12,123 bases of DNA, taken from positions 1-12,123 of the IMG/VR virus record IMGVR_UViG_2778261276_000001; one strand, 5' to 3'. Shown piece by piece: positions 1-7,730 of the stretch. The position numbers and the translations under genes are program-made. The DNA is from a virus (lineage: Duplodnaviria > Heunggongvirae > Uroviricota > Caudoviricetes). Under the pieces are notes generated by a model, which worked only from the letters and a program-made list of their open reading frames with translations, was not told where the DNA came from and ran no database searches. The stretch's first letter is position 1; the number at the start of each line of letters is the position of its first letter.

Positions 1-401
1 GCACTACCTTGCAGCCTACTCCCGACACCAAAATTTCCCTTATGTAAAACGTCTGATAAACCAAGGTTTTCGAGAGCTGTTTTCACCGTGCCATCCGATT
101 TGATATCACCAAACGGATTCTTGCGGCTCAGGTATTCAACAGCAAACCCCGATCCCAGCAATTCAACAAAACCGGGCAGATCACCATTATCAAGCACATC
201 CCGTTGCGTTTTGTCACTTACAAACTGGGCCAGAGCTGCAGCAATAAAGCTGGCCTGCCGAATAACCTTATTGACTTGCGCACTGGATGCTTTCCCTGCT
301 GTAAATCCGGATAAAAGCGCAGGCAACGCTTCCCATTCCTCCTGCGACATAACATTGGCATTCCGATCAGTTGCAAACGCTTTAAAGTCATTTTTCGCCA
401 T
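1..401 (-). CDS. Tail fibre protein, N-terminal part (gene runs off the window start); start codon at 401..399
   Basis: Minus-strand ORF open to position 1; ATG overlaps the stop of the upstream gene (TGATG); translation [33 protein letters not shown]... resembles a phage side tail fibre N-terminus; position right after the gpI-like gene matches Mu/P2 baseplate-fibre order. Not listed in the ORF track because it is partial. Confidence 0.55.
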   Translation of the reverse strand, partial: MAKNDFKAFATDRNANVMSQEEWEALPALLSGFTAGKASSAQVNKVIRQASFIAAALAQFVSDKTQRDVLDNGDLPGFVELLGSGFAVEYLSRKNPFGDIKSDGTVKTALENLGLSDVLHKGNFGVGSRLQGS

Positions 402-1081
402 CAGAGTAATACTCCCCATGCCCCTACATCAAAACCACTGATGAATTCGTTATCCATATCAAAACCAAAAAATTTTGAACCTTCCGATGGAGTTTCCACC
501 GAAGGTGTTTCAATGCCACCCGCCCAAACCCCGGCGGCTTTTACTGTGAGATATCCCTGTTTAATTGCAGCAATTAACTCACGCGATACATCTGAAATAT
601 CAGTATCAGGAAAGAGCCAGACCGATATCGTCATGTCCTGGTTATCGACTATCTGCATTCGCAGTCCGGATCCTGCTGTCGCCGCGTCAAGAATTGCTGG
701 AAGCGAATCATTCCGTCCGTCCCAGTTATTAATCGCAATCTTCGCTTTAAGGATGACACGATAAGTTTCATCGCTGAGGTACATGTATCCGGAATCAGGA
801 TCGTATGGCCCCTGCCATACACCCTGATCATATCCAAGCCCGTCGGTATCCCAGCTGAAATAGACACCTGAGATAGGCTGGCTGACAACACGGCTACGTC
901 CGATCCACAATCCAAGAATGTCAAGTTGCACACCAACCGCAGAGTCAATATCAAATGCAGTAATCAGCCCTCTGGTGGCAGCCGCAACATCAATAAGCGG
1001 CCGGGTCATCAGATCAACATGTGCAAGAAATTTAGGTTTGGTGGCGTGGTAGTTCGTGATCAGTTCGGTGTATTTGCTCAT
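401..1081 (-). CDS. Baseplate/tail protein, P2 gpI / Mu gp48-like (YmfQ/DUF2313-like)
   Basis: 226-aa ORF, 4-nt overlap with the upstream gpJ-like gene and 1-nt overlap with the fibre gene; position between gpJ-like and fibre genes; resemblance to YmfQ-type proteins is from memory only. Confidence 0.55.
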   Translation of the reverse strand: MSKYTELITNYHATKPKFLAHVDLMTRPLIDVAAATRGLITAFDIDSAVGVQLDILGLWIGRSRVVSQPISGVYFSWDTDGLGYDQGVWQGPYDPDSGYMYLSDETYRVILKAKIAINNWDGRNDSLPAILDAATAGSGLRMQIVDNQDMTISVWLFPDTDISDVSRELIAAIKQGYLTVKAAGVWAGGIETPSVETPSEGSKFFGFDMDNEFISGFDVGAWGVLL

Positions 1082-2277
1082 GACTCCACCGTTATAACGA
1101 TATTTTCCGGTGTACAGGACGCAGATTCGTTGTATCTGATATCAATGTTTGATGACGACAAAGCCCCCGGGGATTTCCCAATCGTCAGTTCCTGAATATC
1201 GTAATAGCGTGCATTCCCGCCACTCACCACGCCAAGATTCGCCGGTGAGTAAATGCGACTTAAAAGGACCGAATCACCAATCATCAGACTATTGATATAG
1301 TCGGAAATAGCCTGCTGGATCTGCTGCCCTATCTGTGAGGTATAACCCGTAAAAACTTTTAATTTAATCCGGGCATAAACAGGTACATCACTGGAACGCG
1401 AGAATTTGATTACATGGGGATTGCCGTATTTATCCGGAACCGTAACGGATGTTGTACCGTGAGTGGCTGTCCCCTGGCCTTTATTCCCTCTGATAGCCTG
1501 AGCAATATCCGTCACATCACCGCCATCCACAATTACAGCAACAGAGTGTGGCGGTAACCCGTTACCGTCCTCCGAACCAGTATCGTTTTCATAGAGTTTG
1601 TGGCGGGTTACACCGGTAACATTAGAAACAGCACCATCCAGTGCTTCAAATGGGGTTATTGATGGCAACGCAACACTTTGCGACTGGCGGATACGTAACT
1701 CAGCATCAGTTTCTGCCGGAGAGCCAACAGTAGCCGCAGCAGGATTAGTTACCGAAACCCAGCCACGGGTTGGCGTATTAATTTCAGTGATAGTTCCAGC
1801 CAGCGCCGCCACTGCACCACTGACGGAACATGTTGCGGTCGCCATCACTGTACCATCCACGCCGACCACCACTGAAGCAGGCAAACGCCATATCACATTA
1901 TTACTGTCTTTCACGCTGCCATTAATGATGGTTGTTCCGGCAGTTCCTGTAAGAAGCAAATCAACCGTAGAGTTCGTCGCGCCTTTACGTGAAATACCAT
2001 TTATTTTCACGTTACTGGTCAGTGCAGCCCCATAGCCGGTTGCCGGTGAAAAACAGTTGTAGACAGTTATCGCCATATTATTGGCATCATGAATCGCCAG
2101 CGCCATCAGAGCCACCATCTGGCCGTCTTTGCTGTCCGGTTCGAGGTAGGCATCACTGCCATAAATCTGCTGAAAATAGCTAATCAGGGTGCTGAGTATC
2201 GTCTGATAATCAGGCGCACTGATCCCCTCCGCGGTTACCTTTGCAGATAAACCGAGAGAATCAAGGTTCAGAGCCAT
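1078..2277 (-). CDS. Baseplate J-like protein (P2 gpJ / Mu gp47 family)
   Basis: 399-aa ORF translationally coupled to its neighbours; size and position (after gpW-like, before gpI-like) fit the conserved V-W-J-I baseplate order. Confidence 0.6.
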   Translation of the reverse strand: MALNLDSLGLSAKVTAEGISAPDYQTILSTLISYFQQIYGSDAYLEPDSKDGQMVALMALAIHDANNMAITVYNCFSPATGYGAALTSNVKINGISRKGATNSTVDLLLTGTAGTTIINGSVKDSNNVIWRLPASVVVGVDGTVMATATCSVSGAVAALAGTITEINTPTRGWVSVTNPAAATVGSPAETDAELRIRQSQSVALPSITPFEALDGAVSNVTGVTRHKLYENDTGSEDGNGLPPHSVAVIVDGGDVTDIAQAIRGNKGQGTATHGTTSVTVPDKYGNPHVIKFSRSSDVPVYARIKLKVFTGYTSQIGQQIQQAISDYINSLMIGDSVLLSRIYSPANLGVVSGGNARYYDIQELTIGKSPGALSSSNIDIRYNESASCTPENIVITVES

Positions 2278-2630
2278 TACGCCTCCGATGTAACAGTCGT
2301 TATTCCATAGAGAGTGTCGATTTCAGCGGAAAACATGACACGTCGGGTCGTGGTATCCACCGTCGTATTGAAAGAGAGGATTGATTTAACGCCCTGCGTT
2401 TCGAGGATGCGCTTACGGATCGCCAGGTTGTAAGTTTCTGGTTTTTGCCTGCCCAGCACGGACTGGATCCACGGTGTTCCCTCTGTGGTATCAAGAAACC
2501 ATTGCCCATACCACAATTCGAATCGCGTTTTCACAGCCTGCGCTACGGCCTCAGGCGAGTTAATCAGCCAGGTGTCATCACCGCTGCCAAAGGTGTAATC
2601 GCCATCGGCGTCTTCACGTCTGTATCGCAT
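2277..2630 (-). CDS. Baseplate wedge protein, P2 gpW / Mu gp46-like (gp25-like)
   Basis: 117-aa ORF with 1-nt overlaps to both neighbours; size and synteny between spike and J. Confidence 0.5.
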   Translation of the reverse strand: MRYRREDADGDYTFGSGDDTWLINSPEAVAQAVKTRFELWYGQWFLDTTEGTPWIQSVLGRQKPETYNLAIRKRILETQGVKSILSFNTTVDTTTRRVMFSAEIDTLYGITTVTSEA

Positions 2631-3382
2631 CAGTTTACTCCGTCGGTATTGCTTCCACCGCGCTGAACACCACCATGAGTGTGCGTATCATCGATTGGCT
2701 TGCCGTTAGCCTTCACGCTACCCAAAAACTCAACAGCACCAGTGATTTTTGAAGCCACACCAGAAACAACAGACCCCACCATGCCTCCCATCCAGGTTAA
2801 CAGGCCATGAATGGTTACTTTCTCAGAAAAATCAGCCAGAGGGGCAACCACATCAAGGCCCCCCGGAGCGACAATTTTAATTTTCCTGGTATCAGGATTA
2901 AGCTCAAAATAGGTGCTGCCGTCATCACTACGCAACTGTGTGGCACTGGTATTAATACCGCTAATCTTCCTTGCCTGCGACTGGGGACCGACAATACAAA
3001 ACGCATCCGATAAATCATGCATTCTGTCATCGACCGGCTCCTGTATCCCGCCACTCTGCCACCAGAAATCAATACAACGATCGGCAAAAATCACCAAACA
3101 TTCATCACCGGCTTTAACTGGAAACGTTAGCGTACAGCCTCCGCCACGCGGGAATACCACTGGCACATCCACCAGCAATGGGTAATTTTTGGTAATGCGG
3201 TTGCCGTCGTTATCAATTTCAACGTAACGGATAGCAGGCTGTACAACCGCCGTCACCGCATCAGGAGCGAATGACTGAACAATGCCAGGCAAGGCGACAC
3301 GGATCTGGTTCTTTGTTGTTTCCCGTTCAGATTTAAATGTTTCGGCAAGGTCGCCGCTGCGGGTCTGGTCAGATACTGCCAT
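2630..3382 (-). CDS. Baseplate spike/assembly protein, P2 gpV / Mu gp45-like
   Basis: 250-aa ORF; C-terminal ...DDTHTHGGVQRGGSNTDGVN has an HxH motif typical of spike apex domains; synteny immediately upstream of the W-J-I genes. Confidence 0.6.
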   Translation of the reverse strand: MAVSDQTRSGDLAETFKSERETTKNQIRVALPGIVQSFAPDAVTAVVQPAIRYVEIDNDGNRITKNYPLLVDVPVVFPRGGGCTLTFPVKAGDECLVIFADRCIDFWWQSGGIQEPVDDRMHDLSDAFCIVGPQSQARKISGINTSATQLRSDDGSTYFELNPDTRKIKIVAPGGLDVVAPLADFSEKVTIHGLLTWMGGMVGSVVSGVASKITGAVEFLGSVKANGKPIDDTHTHGGVQRGGSNTDGVN

Positions 3383-3401
3383 TTAGTAGGCTCCAGAAAG
3401 C

Positions 3402-3424
3402 AAAAAACCCGCCAAGTGGCGGGT
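3402..3424 (-). terminator. Rho-independent terminator between the inserted cassette and the spike gene (hairpin can form on either strand)
   Basis: GC stem CCCGCCA-agt-GGCGGG at 3408..3423; on the minus strand it is followed by a T-run (plus-strand AAAAAA at 3402..3407); lies 22 nt after the stop of the 142-aa gene. Confidence 0.6.
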
Positions 3425-3446
3425 TTGAATTTTGAGAAATTTCAGC

Positions 3447-3875
3447 TTATGCAGTTAACGAGTCATCACCAATCTTCAGTAATTGATTAACGATTGCATC
3501 GACCTCTTCCGCATCCAGAATTACACTTCTCGCGGTAATCCGGTTGATTTTCCGCTCAAGCTTGTAATCAGAATTAACACGTTGGGCATGCGTCATTTTC
3601 AGTTTAACGCCGATTTTCTTTACTGCGTTAACATCAACATCGTTAAGTGCAGCTGCCTCACCACTACAAAAGGCCGTATAGACTCGCATGTGAACTCCAC
3701 CTTTTAGTTTTTCACCATCTTGTGTAGCGGTCGGTACCAGATTGTTGGTGATCCGTAAGGCGGAATGGTACATACCATAGTATGCTCGGCTAATAGCATT
3801 TCTCGTCCACATCTCACCGTTTAGAGCCAGGGAATGCTTAGCCAATTCAAGAAAACAGGTATGCTCAACCGACAT
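3447..3875 (-). CDS. Hypothetical 142-aa protein with an R-x6-H (HEPN-like) motif; second gene of an overlapping pair
   Basis: ORF with TAATG start/stop overlap to the upstream 243-aa gene; motif NAISRAYYGMYHSAL contains R-x6-H; about 43% GC in a sampled stretch versus about 55% in the flanking tail genes. Confidence 0.7.
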   Translation of the reverse strand: MSVEHTCFLELAKHSLALNGEMWTRNAISRAYYGMYHSALRITNNLVPTATQDGEKLKGGVHMRVYTAFCSGEAAALNDVDVNAVKKIGVKLKMTHAQRVNSDYKLERKINRITARSVILDAEEVDAIVNQLLKIGDDSLTA

Positions 3876-4606
3876 TAGAGTTCCCCGGCTTCAAAGCATC
3901 CGACGCATTCTGAATCCGCAAGCCCCGCAATAATAATCTCATCAGCCAAGGCATTATTCATCTGCGAAAGAAGCACTGGATCGTCTGTTTTGACTTCAAC
4001 GAACAGCGTATCAAGTTCTGACATTACATAAAAAGCATGAGCGCCAGCAAGACGAGCGCGGTACTTTTCTGCAACGTTCATCATGAGCCGCCCAATAGTT
4101 TTTAGCTCCTGAGCATGATCTTTTTGGGTATGCAGATAATTGAGCGTGTCATACCATTTGCCCATATCTTCAGGGCGCGGTACTTCCATTGCAGTTAGCA
4201 TCGGCATCACCTTTTCAAGCAAATCGATATCAACCCAGTATGCAGAAATTGTAGCAACCTCAGCCAATATCGTTGGATTAAGTGAATCAGATGCTTTCTG
4301 AATCATCACATACTGGCGAGCATGCAAACCTAAGTTACGCAGCGCAATCGTATAGTTACAAAAAGAAACTGGATCGTTAGGCGCTATTCTCAACCCCCGC
4401 TCACAGAGTGAACATCCTTCATCTATTTCACCAAGAACAAGCTTAGCTAAGCCTTCAATTGATAGCCCCTGATAACGTTCAGGTAGTTTCTTCGCTTCAC
4501 GAATGATTCGATGGATTTCAAACTCACTCAGAAGGTTTTCACCCTTAGTTAATGAAGGAGTCAGAAGATCTAACAGTTCTCCTGATTTTGGCTGCGCTAA
4601 ACTCAT
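3875..4606 (-). CDS. Hypothetical 243-aa protein, no recognisable motif; first gene of the overlapping pair
   Basis: Long ORF with a plausible RBS (AGGA about 10 nt upstream of ATG); preceded by a 149-bp intergenic region; translationally coupled to the 142-aa gene. Confidence 0.7.
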   Translation of the reverse strand: MSLAQPKSGELLDLLTPSLTKGENLLSEFEIHRIIREAKKLPERYQGLSIEGLAKLVLGEIDEGCSLCERGLRIAPNDPVSFCNYTIALRNLGLHARQYVMIQKASDSLNPTILAEVATISAYWVDIDLLEKVMPMLTAMEVPRPEDMGKWYDTLNYLHTQKDHAQELKTIGRLMMNVAEKYRARLAGAHAFYVMSELDTLFVEVKTDDPVLLSQMNNALADEIIIAGLADSECVGCFEAGEL

Positions 4607-4691
4607 GTTTTAGTTATTCCTGGCTTTAATGAAGTAGCATATCGATGGCAATCCACCATCAAAAAGTCAGTGCAGTGTAATCGCTCGTCTC

Positions 4692-4730
4692 AAAAAACAA
4701 CAGTTTTTAGAGCACATTTTGTTGTTTTTC
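4692..4730. promoter_or_regulatory. AT-rich inverted repeat (AAAAACAACA ... TGTTGTTTTT, 17-nt spacer) in the intergenic region upstream of the 243-aa gene
   Basis: Near-perfect 10-bp inverted repeat at 4693..4702 and 4720..4729; could be an operator or a weak terminator after the secreted-protein gene. Confidence 0.35.
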
Positions 4731-4755
4731 AGGCGTTACGAATTTCAGGTTACCT

Positions 4756-5097
4756 TCACCCAGCCACTTTTTTACAAGGGAAAGATCCGATGATTTTCGG
4801 CGCATCCATGCTGTTCTGCAGAAGCTGGACATTCAGGAATCGCGTTTCGGTACCAGGGCGACGAATGTATTCAAAGCCGTAGTTGTTACCGTCTTTGGCA
4901 GGCATAAGCCCCATGTCTACTTTCAAACCATTGGTACCCAGTTCGGTGATTTTTTGAGAGGTAACTCTTTCACCGTTGATAGTCGATAACTCGCCCTGGT
5001 TTGCAACCATAGTGTAGCCACCGCATTTAACCGTGAAGCCATCCGCCCACGCGCTGCACGCAGAAAAGACAGCTAACAGAAAAATAATACCCCTCAT
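4756..5097 (-). CDS. Secreted protein with N-terminal signal peptide (possible lipoprotein), 113 aa
   Basis: N-terminus MRGIIFLLAVFSACSAWA-DGF has a hydrophobic h-region and an AxA signal-peptidase I site; the Cys in FSAC could be a non-canonical lipobox; start 3 nt after the stop of the hub-like gene. Confidence 0.65.
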   Translation of the reverse strand: MRGIIFLLAVFSACSAWADGFTVKCGGYTMVANQGELSTINGERVTSQKITELGTNGLKVDMGLMPAKDGNNYGFEYIRRPGTETRFLNVQLLQNSMDAPKIIGSFPCKKVAG

Positions 5098-5100
5098 TGC

Positions 5101-6162
5101 TCATCCCCTTTGCAAAGCCGATCGCGTATACAGATCCGCCGCGCCACGCGCTTCGCACATCATATCCATGTACCACGCCTGGCCCCTTGTGTCGCCAGTG
5201 TACATAATCCCGCGCACAATATAAACGCCATCCGTTGCGATGCTGGCAGGCTGCGATGTGGTGCCGCTTAGCGTGATATTTCCATCCGTGTTCTGGTCGG
5301 TGATCTGACCACCAGCCATCGCAATATCGTTGTTCGACAAGGCGGTACGATACACGGAAGCCTGATCCAGTTGAATGAGCCCATTAACCCGGATGTTCGG
5401 ATTAATAAGCGCGCGGACGTTTACGCCGTTGCCGATGGTCTGCTGCGGCATGCCAATAAGCCCGGTAGCGCTGTTGAGCACAATCGCTTCGTGAACATAT
5501 TCATTATTCACCACCATCTGGCGCTGACCATCCACGAATTGCCATGTTGCGCCACATTGCCCGGCTACGTTATCCATTAGATGCCGCGTCATGCCAAAGA
5601 GCACCCGCCCCCGGGGGAATACAGTAGCAGGCATTTCAGGCGTCAGGCCTTCGGTCGCACCTTTGGCTTCGAAGTCTTTCATCAGCGCACGGTTCACATC
5701 AGCGACCGTGTAACCGGCAGCCAGCGTCTGTGAGGTTATACTGGTGGCAAAAGCCAGATCAGTATCTGCTGCCTGAATCAGGACGTAGGAATCAACCGGA
5801 CTGTCTTTTCCTGTGACCGAGTAGCGAATTTCACCGCTGAAAATCAGTCCGTAGTTGCGGCCATCTCTCTGGCCCACGTCCGCCGCGTCAACTTCCCGCA
5901 CGGTCCCTACGTCGCTTGCTGACACCTCCGGCGCGATACCGTCGTAACCGGCAATCAGACGCACTTTCGAAAATTCCTGCCCGGTGATTCGGTTCACAGT
6001 ATCTGCCGAGAGGTTATAAATTTTGATAGTCCCTACCCGGGACGCGCTGCTGATGTTGAACCAGTCGATCGTAAAGGTGACTTTGAAATCACTTAGCTCA
6101 ATTCCCTGACCGTTCCCGTCCACAAGCTGCAGCTCGAAATGTCTCATCCAGTTCTGTGACAT
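5101..6162 (-). CDS. Phage tail protein, probably baseplate hub (Mu gp44 / P2 gpD-like) by position
   Basis: 353-aa ORF with GGAG RBS; first gene of the tail operon in this window; function assigned only by synteny upstream of the spike gene. Confidence 0.45.
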   Translation of the reverse strand: MSQNWMRHFELQLVDGNGQGIELSDFKVTFTIDWFNISSASRVGTIKIYNLSADTVNRITGQEFSKVRLIAGYDGIAPEVSASDVGTVREVDAADVGQRDGRNYGLIFSGEIRYSVTGKDSPVDSYVLIQAADTDLAFATSITSQTLAAGYTVADVNRALMKDFEAKGATEGLTPEMPATVFPRGRVLFGMTRHLMDNVAGQCGATWQFVDGQRQMVVNNEYVHEAIVLNSATGLIGMPQQTIGNGVNVRALINPNIRVNGLIQLDQASVYRTALSNNDIAMAGGQITDQNTDGNITLSGTTSQPASIATDGVYIVRGIMYTGDTRGQAWYMDMMCEARGAADLYTRSALQRG

Positions 6163-6164
6163 GC

Positions 6165-6371
6165 TTACTCCGTTGATACCAGTAAATGACTGAGGCCGCC
6201 CAGATCAGTTTTCGTGGGATAATCCTGTGTGTTGTCATCGCAGACCACCACCAGCTTAAAACCAAGTCCCATAACTTCTTTCCACTGAGAGACTGCTGCA
6301 TCGCTAATGCCTAGTGCTTTAGCAACAGCACGCTGGGTTCCGAAGTGGTCAATAACATCTTTTTTGTACAT
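6165..6371 (-). pseudogene. cro: Truncated/chimeric cro: the first ~33 codons match P22/phage-21-type Cro, then fused in frame to unrelated sequence
   Basis: N-terminus MYKKDVIDHFGTQRAVAKALGISDAAVSQWKEV matches P22 Cro as I recall it (61 aa); the remaining 35 residues MGLGFKLVVVCDDNTQDYPTKTDLGGLSHLLVSTE are unrelated and the ORF stops 2 nt before the tail-gene ATG. Confidence 0.65.
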
Positions 6372-6385
6372 AGACTCGCTCCGAA

Positions 6386-6403
6386 ATTAAAGAACACTTA
6401 AAT
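6386..6403. promoter_or_regulatory. Operator OR1-like (ATTAAAGAACACTTAAAT), P22/21-type half-sites
   Basis: 18-bp near-palindrome with TTAAG/CTTAA-type half-sites overlapping the pR -10; the same architecture recurs at 6434..6451 and 7202..7219. Confidence 0.55.
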
Positions 6404-6429
6404 TATCCACCAAAGGAATCTTAAGTCAA
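6402..6429 (-). promoter_or_regulatory. pR-like promoter for cro (-35 TTGACT at 6429..6424, 16-bp spacer, -10 GATAAT at 6407..6402 on the minus strand)
   Basis: Near-consensus sigma-70 hexamers with correct spacing; overlapped by an operator. Confidence 0.6.
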
Positions 6430-6433
6430 GTTT

Positions 6434-6451
6434 ATTTAAGATGTCTTAACT
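6434..6451. promoter_or_regulatory. Operator OR3-like (ATTTAAGATGTCTTAACT) abutting the repressor start codon
   Basis: TTTAAG-N4-CTTAA palindrome ending 1 nt before the cI ATG; suggests a leaderless pRM transcript as in lambda. Confidence 0.55.
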
Positions 6452-7102
6452 ATGAATACACAACTGATGGGTGAGCGTATTCGCGCTCGCAGAAAAGAAC
6501 TCAAGATTAGGCAGGCTGCCCTTGGCAAGATGGTTGGCGTGTCTAATGTTGCTATTTCCCAATGGGAGCGATCTGAAACTGAGCCCAATGGCGAAAACCT
6601 ATTGGCCTTAGCCAAGGCTTTGCAGTGCTCCCCTGATTACCTGTTGAAAGGAGAGGATAGTCTTTCAAACATTGCCTATCACAGCAGGCATGATCCAAGA
6701 GGTTCGTATCCTCTAATTAGTTGGGTAAGCGCAGGATGTTGGATGGAAGCTGTAGAGCCATATCATAGGCGTGCAATAGATAACTGGTACGACACAACGG
6801 TAGATTGTTCTGAAGACTCTTTTTGGCTCGACGTTAAAGGCGATTCAATGACTGCCCCGGCAGGACTGAGTATTCCTGAGGGGATGATTATTCTCGTCGA
6901 CCCAGAAGTCGAACCACGTAATGGAAAGCTGGTAGTCGCCAAACTTGAAGGAGAAAACGAGGCGACATTCAAAAAGTTAGTTATTGATGCCGGTAGAAAA
7001 TTCCTGAAACCACTCAATCCACAATACCCAATGATTGAAATCAATGGGAACTGTAAAATCATTGGCGTTGTCGTTGATGCCAAGCTAGCAAACCTTCCTT
7101 AA
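6452..7102 (+). CDS. cI: Repressor, P22 C2 / phage 21 cI type (HTH plus S24 LexA-like autopeptidase domain)
   Basis: 216-aa protein MNTQLMGERIRARRKELKIRQAALGKMVGVSNVAISQWERSETEPNGENLLALAKALQCSPDYLL... is near-identical to P22 C2 repressor as I recall it; C-terminal GDSM (Ser nucleophile) and a conserved Lys; divergent from cro across the operator region. Confidence 0.93.
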   Translation: MNTQLMGERIRARRKELKIRQAALGKMVGVSNVAISQWERSETEPNGENLLALAKALQCSPDYLLKGEDSLSNIAYHSRHDPRGSYPLISWVSAGCWMEAVEPYHRRAIDNWYDTTVDCSEDSFWLDVKGDSMTAPAGLSIPEGMIILVDPEVEPRNGKLVVAKLEGENEATFKKLVIDAGRKFLKPLNPQYPMIEINGNCKIIGVVVDAKLANLP

Positions 7103-7124
7103 GGGGCTTTCGCCCCTTTTTTAT
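7102..7124 (+). terminator. Rho-independent terminator after the repressor gene
   Basis: AGGGGC-tttc-GCCCCT hairpin directly after the stop, followed by TTTTTTATTT. Confidence 0.8.
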
Positions 7125-7191
7125 TTCCCGTTAAAAATCAAAGACAAACTAAATTCACGCCCATAAAATTAAGTTTTCTTCAAAAATGCAC

Positions 7192-7220
7192 TTGACCAAT
7201 AAATTAAGAAGTCTTAAATT
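7192..7220 (+). promoter_or_regulatory. pL-like promoter (-35 TTGACC 7192..7197, 17-bp spacer, -10 TAAATT 7215..7220) with the OL1-like operator AATTAAGAAGTCTTAAAT (7202..7219) in the spacer
   Basis: Consensus-like -35, correct spacing, and an operator palindrome of the same family as the OR sites. Confidence 0.6.
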
Positions 7221-7266
7221 TAAGCCATCAGCAGGACGCTGGAAGCCAAACGGAACAGATTGGCAG

Positions 7267-7306
7267 GCTCTTTAACATCGACGGACTCTCAACCTAACCG
7301 TTGAGA
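7267..7306 (+). promoter_or_regulatory. nutL site: boxA (GCTCTTTAACAT, 7267..7278) and boxB hairpin (TCTCAAC-CTAACC-GTTGAGA, 7287..7306) of phage-21 type
   Basis: boxA matches the CGCTCTT(T)A consensus; the 7-bp stem and CUAACC hexaloop match the phi21 boxB as I recall it; located between pL and N. Confidence 0.75.
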
Positions 7307-7416
7307 CCAGAACTTGAGTGGTTTTGGGGATGGCGCGAATTGCAGCTGCAAGACAGCGATCGAGAAGATAAGCACCTCGACGCGTCATGCGCCAAAGCCA
7401 CTTAAAGGAGACCATC

Positions 7417-7722
7417 ATGGTAACCATTGTCTGGAAAGAATCCAAAGGTACGGCAAAAAGCCGCTACAAAGCTCGCAGAGCAGAACTTATTGCCGAGCGA
7501 CGCAGTAATGAAGCACTGGCGCGAAAAATTGCGCTAAAGCTCTCTGGTTGCGTCAGAGCAGACAAAGCAGCATCACTAGGAAGCCTTTGCTGCAAGAAGA
7601 AAGAAGAAGTCGTTCGAAAAAATAGAAGTATTTATTACAAAGATTCAAACCCGTTAGGAAACAAAATACATGCAGTCCAAAAAATAAAATTGTACAGTAA
7701 ACTACCGTACGGTGCTTATTGA
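7417..7722 (+). CDS. N: Antitermination protein N, phage-21 type
   Basis: AAGGAG RBS before the ATG at 7417; N-terminal arginine-rich motif GTAKSRYKARRAELIAERR matches the phi21 N ARM as I recall it; downstream of nutL. Confidence 0.8.
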   Translation: MVTIVWKESKGTAKSRYKARRAELIAERRSNEALARKIALKLSGCVRADKAASLGSLCCKKKEEVVRKNRSIYYKDSNPLGNKIHAVQKIKLYSKLPYGAY

Positions 7723-7730
7723 GTATGCTT

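Noticed and set aside
88-441. 117-aa plus-strand ORF at the window start
   Set aside because: Antisense to the tail-fibre N-terminal coding sequence; no RBS or start context; the minus-strand frame gives a sensible fibre N-terminus.
441-1195. Plus-strand ORFs 441..764 and 926..1195 and minus ORF 649..954
   Set aside because: Lie wholly within, antisense to or out of frame with the 401..1081 and 1078..2277 baseplate genes; typical shadow ORFs.
1598-2183. Plus-strand ORFs inside the gpJ-like gene
   Set aside because: Shadow ORFs on the opposite strand of a translationally coupled operon gene.
6098-6301. 67-aa minus-strand ORF overlapping the cro' and hub-gene boundary
   Set aside because: Alternative frame across the junction; would overlap the hub-gene start by 65 nt with no RBS; the cro-derived frame is better supported.
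6165-6371. Reading the 68-aa ORF as an intact Cro
   Set aside because: Only the N-terminal half matches the P22/21 Cro I recall; the C-terminal half is unrelated and runs straight into a tail gene, so a truncated chimera is the better call.
7314-7508. 64-aa ORF across nutL, and the 7387 start of the N ORF
   Set aside because: Would span the boxA/boxB RNA elements; the RBS-supported N start is the ATG at 7417.
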